A DNA stretch of 64,000 nt, from IMG/VR virus record IMGVR_UViG_3300010353_000347, positions 52,295 through 116,294 of that record. The stretch is one strand, 5' to 3'. The notes beneath the pieces were generated by a model, which worked only from the letters and a program-made list of their open reading frames with translations, did no database searches and was not told where the DNA came from. Below, piece by piece: positions 44,878 through 52,382 of this stretch (within the stretch, counting starts at the first letter, position 1; every line of letters begins with the position of its first letter). The translations under genes and the position numbers were made by a program. This DNA is from a virus.

Positions 44878-45093
44878 ATGGGACAGGCTACCAAGCTCTT
44901 CGTGAAGTGGGAGGTGACTCCCTATCTCATCATCCTCCACTACTCCGACGAGTTCGGGGGGTGGCATGGGGGTAGCTCCCATACGATTCCCCGGAACCTT
45001 CGGGAGGATGAGTACCCTGACTTCGCCTATGAGTTGGCCTCGTTCACCGCCAAGTGGGAGGGGTTGCGGCTGGAATGCGTCCAGAGGGGTTGA
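44878..45093 (+). CDS. Hypothetical protein
   Basis: MGQATKLFVKW..., GGGAGG SD; first gene of plus-strand island. Confidence 0.55.
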   Translation: MGQATKLFVKWEVTPYLIILHYSDEFGGWHGGSSHTIPRNLREDEYPDFAYELASFTAKWEGLRLECVQRG

Positions 45094-45142
45094 CAGGCAG
45101 TAAAGGTTATGCTAGATTCGTAATCGAAGGGAGGAACGAGAC
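45086..45142 (+). promoter_or_regulatory. Early-type promoter-RBS cassette copy 4
   Basis: TTGACA-GGCAGTAAAGGTTATGC-TAGATT...GAAGGGAGGAACGAGAC-ATG. Confidence 0.85.
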
Positions 45143-45478
45143 ATGGCCGAGTTCGAGTGGGAGTTCTCGCGGTGGGACGAAGAGACAGGGGAGTCTGAGC
45201 GGTTCCTGGTCGGGTTCACTTACAGCTATCGTCCGGGTCGGTACTCTGGCCGTCCCGAGGACTGCTACGAGGCCGAGGAAGAGTTGGAGTTCCTGAACGT
45301 CTACCGGGTCGGGGAGGGCGGGCACCTGACCAAGCTGGAGCCCCACGAGTGGCCCGAGTTTGACGAGGACGACGAGCGGGAGGCCATCGGAGAGGCGGAG
45401 CGCCAGATGGATCGTGACGAAGAGGACTGGGCGGACGCGGAGTACGACGCCCGCAAGGAAGAGGAGATGTTCGGATGA
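45143..45478 (+). CDS. Highly acidic small early protein
   Basis: 111 aa, very E/D-rich with aromatic residues. Confidence 0.75.
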   Translation: MAEFEWEFSRWDEETGESERFLVGFTYSYRPGRYSGRPEDCYEAEEELEFLNVYRVGEGGHLTKLEPHEWPEFDEDDEREAIGEAERQMDRDEEDWADAEYDARKEEEMFG

Positions 45479-45705
45479 GTGAGGACACGGGACTGCTCGC
45501 TTCCGCCTACGTCTGCAAGAAAGAGGGGTACATGAGGCTGGAGTTCTCAGAGAAGGGTACTCCTCACAGAACGAAGTACGTCAGCTTTGCTCCGGGCTCT
45601 TCCCGTAGCGTGATCTCCAAGAGGATCAAGATGGAAGTCCTGAGAGAGGCACAGGAGCGGAGCTTGGAAGTGGACACCCCAATCAAGGTTCTCTACCTGT
45701 CCTGA
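45475..45705 (+). CDS. Hypothetical protein
   Basis: 76 aa, ATGA coupling. Confidence 0.6.
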   Translation: MSEDTGLLASAYVCKKEGYMRLEFSEKGTPHRTKYVSFAPGSSRSVISKRIKMEVLREAQERSLEVDTPIKVLYLS

Positions 45706-45716
45706 GAGGAGACAAC

Positions 45717-45956
45717 GTGGTCAAAATGGTCGAGATGGAGAAAGCGAGAGCCGCTGTGATCGCCGGGAAAGATTTTTCCACCGTCATCCTCGAAAGCACG
45801 CTCGGGTGGCGGTGTGAGGTTCGGGTTGGTACCCCGGATGGGCTGTCCGGTTCCGATGCGCTCCCCAAACTGTGTGAGTTGGTTTACCACCTCTGCGAGT
45901 GGAGGGGCGCTTACCTCGCTGGGGTCTACCTGGAGTCCGAAGGAGAAACGGAATGA
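45717..45956 (+). CDS. Hypothetical protein
   Basis: 79 aa, GAGGAG SD. Confidence 0.6.
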   Translation: MVKMVEMEKARAAVIAGKDFSTVILESTLGWRCEVRVGTPDGLSGSDALPKLCELVYHLCEWRGAYLAGVYLESEGETE

Positions 45957-46321
45957 TCGCCAAGACAGACAACCTCAGAAACAAGGTTCTCGCAATCTTC
46001 CGGGAGTGCGGGAAGATCGAGGCTATCAAGTACCTCCGGTATCAGGAGGGGTTCCGTAACGTCGGGCTCGTGAAGATCAAGGATCTGGTCGAGGGCCTGT
46101 GCGAGGGTCGGGCGGTTTGGGCGGAGGACACGGGGAGGTGGGAGTCGGAGCTTTCCGACGCTGCCGAGCTGACTTACCTCCGTACCATCGTCGCCAAGTG
46201 CTTCATGTACGACGACAGGAAGAAGCGTCTCGCTTTCGACAGGGAGGGGTTCAAGAGCCTCACGGGAGAAGAGGTGGGGGTCGTGAGCGAGGTGACCAAG
46301 ACGCGGAACGGGTGGGACTGA
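45953..46321 (+). CDS. Hypothetical protein with KIEAIKYLR (L7/L12-C-terminal-like) motif
   Basis: MIAKTDN...GKIEAIKYLR...GLVKIKDLVE. Confidence 0.6.
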   Translation: MIAKTDNLRNKVLAIFRECGKIEAIKYLRYQEGFRNVGLVKIKDLVEGLCEGRAVWAEDTGRWESELSDAAELTYLRTIVAKCFMYDDRKKRLAFDREGFKSLTGEEVGVVSEVTKTRNGWD

Positions 46322-46339
46322 GACTTGACTAAACTGTCT

Positions 46340-46361
46340 GACTTGACGGTACCGTCAAGTC
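46340..46361. promoter_or_regulatory. Perfect 22-bp palindrome, operator-like
   Basis: GACTTGACGGTACCGTCAAGTC in intergenic gap downstream of a TTGACT. Confidence 0.5.
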
Positions 46362-46376
46362 GAGAAGGGAGGCGGT

Positions 46377-46589
46377 ATGTACGGGAAGCGAATAGAGAGG
46401 CTACAGAGGGCGGTAGCTGCCGTCTACTTCGTCTACAGGGACAGAGAGGACGGGCCACTCCAGGTGGCAACGTACCCTGACCCCGACCTCAGCGGGTTGG
46501 ATAAGGACACCGTAGCGGAAGTGGTGAGAGCGTTGCAGTCAGATGGACCGGAAACAGTACCAACTTACATGAGGGATTCCGAGCTATGA
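46377..46589 (+). CDS. Hypothetical protein
   Basis: 70 aa, GGGAGG SD. Confidence 0.6.
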   Translation: MYGKRIERLQRAVAAVYFVYRDREDGPLQVATYPDPDLSGLDKDTVAEVVRALQSDGPETVPTYMRDSEL

Positions 46590-47071
46590 GAAACGTAGGG
46601 GTTGCAGTACGGGCGGTTGCCGAACTAGCCGACGTTTTGTCGATTACCCCCCAACTGTCCCTCGCTGCCAAGGGAATCCTCACCCCCGCTATGAACACGG
46701 CCCCTTGGGTAACCACCTTCGCTACCCCAGCCGTGTACCTGGACTGTATACGTTTCGGTGGGACGGTCGCCACGCTGTTTGTGGGCAACTGCCACCGGAT
46801 TGATGATGAGGCCATCCTAGTAGCTAACCTAAACGTCATCCCTCCTGGAGGGAAGAACGAGCTTTCCCTAGAGTTGCAGTACCTACCGGGGATGGGGGAT
46901 AGGAGTTGGGAAATCCTCGTTGACTGTGTGGACGAAGCATGGGCGTATGCGACGGCTCACCTCCAGATGACGAACCTCGATGACGGGAGCAAGTCATGGG
47001 CGTTTGATGGAAACCACTTCCGCGTTGGTAGAACCTACCTCATGGAGGTTTTAGACGGAGAGGAAGGATGA
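46586..47071 (+). CDS. Hypothetical protein
   Basis: 161 aa, ATGA coupling. Confidence 0.65.
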   Translation: MRNVGVAVRAVAELADVLSITPQLSLAAKGILTPAMNTAPWVTTFATPAVYLDCIRFGGTVATLFVGNCHRIDDEAILVANLNVIPPGGKNELSLELQYLPGMGDRSWEILVDCVDEAWAYATAHLQMTNLDDGSKSWAFDGNHFRVGRTYLMEVLDGEEG

Positions 47072-47454
47072 GACAGGTTGGGGAGGAAGATACCAAAGAG
47101 CTTTTCCGAATCTTCCGTGACAGATTCAAGGATTTGGATTGCATCCCCACCGTAGGGGTGCCAGGACGGTTTGTGGACGCCTACAGCGCCTTTGCTCTCG
47201 GTTGGCTCGTGAGGGACGAATGCGAGAGCCCTGAGCTTGACAGGACACCGTTTCAGTCGCACAGCTTCTCTCGGGGTGAAGAGTACGGTATCGAAGAGGC
47301 GATACGGGGGGTGGAGGATATCCTGTCAGGGAAGGACGACGGTTCTGCTCCTAGCTTCCTACGGTTCCCCCCCTTTGAGGGTGTTAGGGGTCGGTTGATC
47401 GCACTCAAACAGAAAGCGGAGGGGCCTAGCTTACGGAGGGACGGGGGGGGTTGA
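47068..47454 (+). CDS. Hypothetical protein
   Basis: 128 aa, ATGA coupling. Confidence 0.6.
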   Translation: MRQVGEEDTKELFRIFRDRFKDLDCIPTVGVPGRFVDAYSAFALGWLVRDECESPELDRTPFQSHSFSRGEEYGIEEAIRGVEDILSGKDDGSAPSFLRFPPFEGVRGRLIALKQKAEGPSLRRDGGG

Positions 47455-47503
47455 CACTACGAAAAGGTTATGGTAGTGTCTCAGGTGAAGGGAGGGCGAG
47501 ACA
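47445..47503 (+). promoter_or_regulatory. Early-type promoter-RBS cassette copy 5
   Basis: 52 bp (47445-47496) identical to reverse complement of 39076-39127. Confidence 0.85.
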
Positions 47504-47950
47504 ATGACAACGGAAGCCAACAGCCTGAGCCTGACAGAGTTCTGGGGCGAACCCATCTCCGTCTACACGGAGGAGGACGCCCTGAGAGACGGAACCCTCG
47601 TGGAGGTCACCGACACGGCCCGTGAGGCTGGGTTCTCCTGCCGCTACTTCCTGACCCGTGCAGCGTGGGAGGATTTCGCGGAGTGGACCCCGCAAGACGA
47701 GAAGGCCAAGGGTGGGGCCGGTCAGTCCGTTCGGGGTCGCCTGTGGGATGTCGTCTGGATGTCCAAGTTCGCCAGCAGCCGTGCCAACGTCGAGCGGGGA
47801 TACGGATACTTCAAGTTCTCCCGTGTCCCCCGTCCTGGCCGGGGTCGGCAGAGAGTGGTCACCGCCAAGATCGTTTTCGGCGGCACGTTCAACGGGGAGC
47901 CGTCTGCCACGGTCATGCTCCCTAACGATCCGAGTTCAGCGGCGCGATAG
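47504..47950 (+). CDS. DUF6573-like protein; C-terminus altered by cassette insertion
   Basis: ISVYTEEDALRDGTLVEV...EAGF...GRLWDVVWM...TVMLPN; original end PNED* displaced to 49927-49941. Confidence 0.75.
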   Translation: MTTEANSLSLTEFWGEPISVYTEEDALRDGTLVEVTDTAREAGFSCRYFLTRAAWEDFAEWTPQDEKAKGGAGQSVRGRLWDVVWMSKFASSRANVERGYGYFKFSRVPRPGRGRQRVVTAKIVFGGTFNGEPSATVMLPNDPSSAAR

Positions 47951-47975
47951 CGTCCGCTGCAACGAGTGGTTAGGT
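47921..47975. other. attC site 1 (permuted, extrahelical base on right arm)
   Basis: CCTAAC...TTCAGCGG...CCGCTGCAA...GTTAGGT. Confidence 0.85.
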
Positions 47976-47998
47976 CTCATAAAACTGAAGGAGGAAGC

Positions 47999-48970
47999 AT
48001 GAAAAGAAAGACGCAGACATTGTTCAATCAGAATCACACGGTCGCCGATGTGTTCAACCAATCGGAATCTATTGTCGTGTACCCCGGCGATTGCCTCGAC
48101 CTCTTAAAATCAATACCGGATGAGACACTCCAACTTGTTGTCACTTCACCCCCTTACAACATCGGCAAAGAATACGAGAAGAAACTTCATCTCGATGTGT
48201 ACTTACAACAGCAAGCCCAGGTCATCGCCGAGTGTGTCCGTGCCTTGTCCCCCAAGGGCAGCATTTGTTGGCAGGTCGGCAACTACGTTGACAGGGGAGC
48301 CATCATACCTTTGGACACCGTGTTATATCCCATTTTCGCAGACTTTGGTCTTCGGATGCGGAATCGCATCATCTGGCACTTTGAGCATGGACTACACTGT
48401 AGCCGCCGATTTTCTGGCCGCTACGAAACAATAATCTGGTTCACAAAGTCGGATGAGTACGTCTTCAATCTCGACCCAGTGCGCATCCCACAGAAATACC
48501 CCGGGAAAAAGTATTTCAAAGGCCCGAAAGCCGGCCAGTATTCGTGCAACCCACTTGGCAAGAATCCCGGAGACCTGTGGGTAATTCCGAACGTAAAAAG
48601 CAATCATGTCGAAAAGACCGAACACCCGTGTCAGTTCCCCGTTGAGCTGATTGAGCGATTGGTGCTTTCCCTCACCAATGAAGGGGATTGGGTGCTAGAT
48701 CCTTTCCTTGGAACGGGCACGTCGATTATCGCCGCTATCCGTCATGGACGCCGGGGTGTTGGGGCCGAGACTGTAGCGAAGTATGTAGAGCTTGCACGAC
48801 AGAGAATCCAGCAGGAAATGGACGGCACATTGCGAACCCGGCCTATGGCCAGGCCAGTTTATGACCCTGTGGAAGCCGGAAACAGCCTTACAATAGCTCC
48901 TTGGGATAAGAAGGAATCCAAGCAAATGAGGTTACTTGAAAAAAGAGCAAAGTATGGAAAGGAACACTGA
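47999..48970 (+). CDS. Type II DNA methyltransferase (beta class, probably N4-C)
   Basis: TSPPYN motif IV, HPCQFPVELIERLV, VLDPFLGTGT motif I; GGAGG SD. Confidence 0.92.
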   Translation: MKRKTQTLFNQNHTVADVFNQSESIVVYPGDCLDLLKSIPDETLQLVVTSPPYNIGKEYEKKLHLDVYLQQQAQVIAECVRALSPKGSICWQVGNYVDRGAIIPLDTVLYPIFADFGLRMRNRIIWHFEHGLHCSRRFSGRYETIIWFTKSDEYVFNLDPVRIPQKYPGKKYFKGPKAGQYSCNPLGKNPGDLWVIPNVKSNHVEKTEHPCQFPVELIERLVLSLTNEGDWVLDPFLGTGTSIIAAIRHGRRGVGAETVAKYVELARQRIQQEMDGTLRTRPMARPVYDPVEAGNSLTIAPWDKKESKQMRLLEKRAKYGKEH

Positions 48971-49581
48971 TGAATATCTCTGAGACATATTCCCATTTGA
49001 ACGGGCTTGAATTCCTTTTAGTTCACAAGCCAAACCTTTGGAAAGAAATACAAGCTGTCATTGCTGCGGTGGATGCCAATAAATGTCGAACGAAAGTATC
49101 CAAAGAAAAAACGATGAAGGGCAAGCTTCTATTTAGTCCCATCGACATGAATTCTGAATTCAATCGTCTGCTTCGGGAACAATCTTGGGACGAAAGCCGA
49201 GTGAGCTATTGGGTTACCAAAAGCGAAAAGTTGATTCGGAAAACGCTTACGATGCCTGCGGAAGAGCAAAAACGGGAGATTGAGGCAGCTGGCGAAACAC
49301 CTATTTTTAGCTATAACCAGACTGATTTTGTCAAAGATCGGGTGGCCGTTGAGGTTCAGTTTGGAAAGTATGCTTTTGTCGCATATGACCTTTTCGTCAA
49401 ACATCTCGCGTTCTATGTTGGTGATCGAATAGACGTAGGAATTGAAATTCTTCCAATGAAATCCCTTCAAAGCCAGATGAGTTCCGGTGTCGCTTACTAT
49501 GAGGGCGAGTTCTATAACGTAGTTCGTCAAGGGCGCGGTGTGCCAGCAGTCCCACTCGTGCTTATTGGTATTGAACCTTGA
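48970..49581 (+). CDS. Type II restriction endonuclease, BglII/BstYI family
   Basis: NQTDFVKDRVAVEVQFGKYAFVAYDLFVKH...IDVGIEILP...MSSGVAYYEGE (D...E-x-Q active site). Confidence 0.88.
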   Translation: MNISETYSHLNGLEFLLVHKPNLWKEIQAVIAAVDANKCRTKVSKEKTMKGKLLFSPIDMNSEFNRLLREQSWDESRVSYWVTKSEKLIRKTLTMPAEEQKREIEAAGETPIFSYNQTDFVKDRVAVEVQFGKYAFVAYDLFVKHLAFYVGDRIDVGIEILPMKSLQSQMSSGVAYYEGEFYNVVRQGRGVPAVPLVLIGIEP

Positions 49582-49591
49582 AAACTTTGAG

Positions 49592-49649
49592 ACCTAACAA
49601 TCGGTTGCAGCGGACGGCGTTCCGCCGCCGCTGAACCGGAGCGTTAGGT
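49592..49649 (+). other. attC site 2 (canonical)
   Basis: ACCTAAC-AATCGG-TTGCAGCGG...CCGCTGAA-CCGGAGC-GTTAGGT. Confidence 0.9.
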
Positions 49650-49664
49650 GGCGAAGGAGAAAAG

Positions 49665-49931
49665 ATGAGAGATCAACTGAAAGAACCATCCGAATACTTG
49701 GGGAAACTGGAAGCCTTGCGAAAGGTGAATCGTTATGCAAAACGCTGGGCGCTACGTCTGGAATCGCACACGAACAGGCATCCCGAGTGCAGCGGCAGAC
49801 CGTGGGGATGGTATGAAATCTACCCACTCGGGATCGAGGTTGGATTCTGGGGATCTGACAAAGACGACTTGAAGGGTGTGGACATTGTCGCCTGGAACGA
49901 GGAAGCCGAGCGCATCAGTCGAGCCACCTAA
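49665..49931 (+). CDS. Cassette-borne hypothetical protein (88 aa)
   Basis: AAGGAG SD just after attC2; stop TAA lies in the R-double-prime box GCCACCTAAC as typical of cassettes. Confidence 0.8.
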   Translation: MRDQLKEPSEYLGKLEALRKVNRYAKRWALRLESHTNRHPECSGRPWGWYEIYPLGIEVGFWGSDKDDLKGVDIVAWNEEAERISRAT

Positions 49932-49956
49932 CGAGGACTGAGGGCCAAACGGACTA

Positions 49957-49979
49957 GAGGCAGGGCAACCCCCTGCCTC
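49957..49979 (+). terminator. GC-rich hairpin, possible terminator
   Basis: GAGGCAGGG-loop-CCCTGCCTC; weak T-tract. Confidence 0.4.
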
Positions 49980-50027
49980 GTCTCTTATCGTGTCACAGCG
50001 GCCCGATATGAGGGCGGAGAGGGGAAC

Positions 50028-50207
50028 ATGAAGCTACGGACGAATGCGAAGGGTACAGGGGAGACCGTGGAAGTGAGTTGGCCCTACGTGGTCACCCTTG
50101 GGGTTCTGTGGGCAGAAGCGGGGTGGCCGGTAGCCTTGGGCACCCTCATTGCCGGGGTATGGGTAGCCATCCTCGTTTGGATGCTTTCAGGGAGCAAGAC
50201 AAAATGA
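50028..50207 (+). CDS. Small membrane protein (59 aa)
   Basis: Hand translation MKLRTNAKG...VALGTLIAGVWVAILVWML; GAGGGG SD. Confidence 0.5.
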   Translation: MKLRTNAKGTGETVEVSWPYVVTLGVLWAEAGWPVALGTLIAGVWVAILVWMLSGSKTK

Positions 50208-50467
50208 AAATGCCACAAGAGAGCATCGAGATTGCCGAGAAGCTGCTGGAGGGGGTCTACGAGGCGGTTGTGACCGCTGTTGGCAACGACAAAGACGGGG
50301 TTCTAGGTACCCACTCGTTCCATGTTGGCACAGACGTTGGGGACGTTCGGATGGGGTGCATTATGACCGTTGACCCCGTTCTGTTCTCTGCCCTGAATGC
50401 ACTCGTGGAAAAGTACATGGCCGAAGTAGAGGACTTTGCAGCCCGGTGGAAAGAGACTCTTAACTAG
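50204..50467 (+). CDS. Hypothetical protein
   Basis: MKMPQESIEIAEK..., converges on tail chaperone. Confidence 0.6.
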   Translation: MKMPQESIEIAEKLLEGVYEAVVTAVGNDKDGVLGTHSFHVGTDVGDVRMGCIMTVDPVLFSALNALVEKYMAEVEDFAARWKETLN

Positions 50468-50722
50468 GGCCTCAGACCACCGGACTTCAGGAAGTCCGCA
50501 AGGGCAGGATTGGAGGGCATTTCCATCATGCCCCCCATGTCCTGCTCTTGCTGCTCTTTCTTCTTTTGATCCAAGAACCGCCTGTAGAGCCAGAAGAACT
50601 CAGCCAACGGCATCGAATCGGATACGTCGAAGGCGAGAAACTTCGTGTAGGCGCACGCGAACTGCGCCTCAATGAGGTCGTGCTGAATCTCAGGGCCGGG
50701 GAGGAAGAAATGATAGGGCTCC
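50464..50722 (-). CDS. C-terminal extension of tail/baseplate assembly chaperone (+1 frame, no own start)
   Basis: DLIEAQFACAYTKF...SDSMPLAEFFWLYRRFLDQKKKEQ; open in +1 frame across upstream stop. Confidence 0.6.
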
Positions 50723-51469
50723 TCAAACCTCCCTTGGACGAAAAAACTCCATCGACCACGGCATCGCCATAACGATTTCGTTGCCACACGCGGGACACTT
50801 TGTCTCGACGGTGGAGTCCACCCCAAAGGACTTGGAATCCATCTCTGACTGGAGCTTGGCGCTATCCCGACCAATGAGGTCGTCTAGCCATAGGAGCTTT
50901 TCCTGCAACCCAAGGGGTTTCCCGTTGACGCTGACCACCTGAAAAGCGAGACGGTAGACGTAGGCTTGGTCACCCTCCGGTGGAGTACCCAGCGACGTGT
51001 AGGATGACCGAATGAGCTTGGAAATCTCTTCCTCGTCTGTGGCCCGTAGGAGTCGGTACTCCACCTTGTCCCCCGACACAGGGAGAGTCGTGGCAAACGG
51101 CTCCGCCCACTCCGGGTTGGCCATCTTCGTTTCCAGAGCGTTTAGGTCGAGTTTGTACTGGAACTTGACAGAGCAAGATCCGCACTTGATCGGGAACCTG
51201 TACAACTCCCCATAGCTCAGAACCCTGAGAACCAGGAGGAGGTAGAACCTGTCCTCTAGGATCATCTTGGACGGGTCGAAGTCCGTTTTCAGGCACGAGC
51301 GTAGGAGCGTGTTGATCGCCTTGGAGAACGACTCCTGTGCCATGCCAGAAAGAACCTTCTCTTCCCTAACTCGGATGGGGTATAGCTCCACCTCACCACC
51401 GGGAAGCCCCTCATAGAAGAGCCCCTGTGAGGGGAGGGTGAACGGGGTTGCGATTCTCTCGACGGCCAT
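50723..51469 (-). CDS. Tail/baseplate hub assembly chaperone (gp26-like)
   Basis: LPSQGLFY...IRVREEKVL...DRFYLLLVLRVLSYG...CGSC...CPACG...MEFFRP. Confidence 0.8.
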   Translation of the reverse strand: MAVERIATPFTLPSQGLFYEGLPGGEVELYPIRVREEKVLSGMAQESFSKAINTLLRSCLKTDFDPSKMILEDRFYLLLVLRVLSYGELYRFPIKCGSCSVKFQYKLDLNALETKMANPEWAEPFATTLPVSGDKVEYRLLRATDEEEISKLIRSSYTSLGTPPEGDQAYVYRLAFQVVSVNGKPLGLQEKLLWLDDLIGRDSAKLQSEMDSKSFGVDSTVETKCPACGNEIVMAMPWSMEFFRPREV

Positions 51470-51470
51470 G

Positions 51471-51725
51471 CTAAATCTCCGATACGATGAGTCTGATTAG
51501 GAATGCTTTGCGCTGCAACTCGACACCCTCCTCGTCGGTGAGGATCGCGTCCACCACGAATCCCTCCGGGTGAGGCTCAGGTGGGGTGTACGAAAGGAAA
51601 CCACCGGGAACCCCCATAGCCTCCGCCAAGTCGATAGCGGGCAGCGTGAGGAAGTCTCCAGCGAAAATCGTAGAAAGGGCGTTCTCTGCTAGGTCGGCAG
51701 ATACAGGCAACCAATCGAGGGGCAT
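51471..51725 (-). CDS. Hypothetical protein
   Basis: ATG 51725, AGGAGG SD, promoter TTGACT-N17-TAGCTT at 51745-51773. Confidence 0.6.
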   Translation of the reverse strand: MPLDWLPVSADLAENALSTIFAGDFLTLPAIDLAEAMGVPGGFLSYTPPEPHPEGFVVDAILTDEEGVELQRKAFLIRLIVSEI

Positions 51726-51784
51726 ACGCACCTCCTGTCGATACAAGCTATCACGAAATGTAAGGAAAGTCAAGGGGGGAGGGA

Positions 51785-51805
51785 AGGGGGGCTTTCGCCC
51801 CCCTC
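51785..51805 (-). terminator. Hairpin terminator after tail tube gene
   Basis: AGGGGGG-CGAAAG-CCCCCCT. Confidence 0.55.
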
Positions 51806-51812
51806 TTGCTAC

Positions 51813-52316
51813 TTAGCCCTGGAAGAAGTAGCGGTCGAATACGAGGGCTAGGGTAAGCTGCACTACGCCGGACTGCGAGTAGGACAGGTTAGAGGCTGTC
51901 AGGTTAGACGGCCACACACCCTCTAGCTTGTACGTCCTGGGTGAGGTTCCGTCGGGTGCCAGTAGGCGGAGGAACGCTTGCTTCTTGTAGTCCCTTGCCC
52001 AACCGATTGCTCCTGTCTCTGCGTTGTACACGAGCTTGCGCCACGACTCTAACGCCTGTGCGATACCCTCGTCTACGAAGTCCTTGACCACGAGAGAACC
52101 ACCCTGAGCGGATGCCCTACCAGCGACCTTCCGATCCTCGCCCATGTAAGCAATGTTGATCGTGTTGTTCTGCATGGACGGGACGAACATCTGCTCGACT
52201 GCGAGACGGACGTTCTCTGCATTCGGAACGCCGACGAGGACTACCTCAAAGTCAAACGCTCTCTGAGGCTCGAACCCTCCCCCTTGTGGGGCAAGATGCT
52301 GTGCTGTGATTGCCAT
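51813..52316 (-). CDS. Tail tube protein (gp19-like)
   Basis: FEPQRAFDFEV...YMGEDRKVAGRA...WRKLVYNAETG...YKKQAFLRLLAPDG...LEGVWPS..NLSYS. Confidence 0.9.
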   Translation of the reverse strand: MAITAQHLAPQGGGFEPQRAFDFEVVLVGVPNAENVRLAVEQMFVPSMQNNTINIAYMGEDRKVAGRASAQGGSLVVKDFVDEGIAQALESWRKLVYNAETGAIGWARDYKKQAFLRLLAPDGTSPRTYKLEGVWPSNLTASNLSYSQSGVVQLTLALVFDRYFFQG

Positions 52317-52382
52317 TCTGTTCTCCTATTCCAAAGCCTCTTTGTGAGGCGGTGTTACAGTAAAGCCTTCAACCCGGTGTAG

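Larger units (their letters stand above)
47921..49934 (+). mobile_element. Integrated two-cassette integron circle (no integrase in window)
   Basis: Flanked by direct repeat CCTAACGA (47921-47928, 49927-49934); two attC sites; AT-richer than flanks. Confidence 0.85.

Noticed and set aside
39128-47444. Inversion between the 52-bp repeats as origin of the plus-strand island
   Set aside because: Flipping this segment would reverse the tape-measure genes against the rest of the tail operon rather than restore synteny
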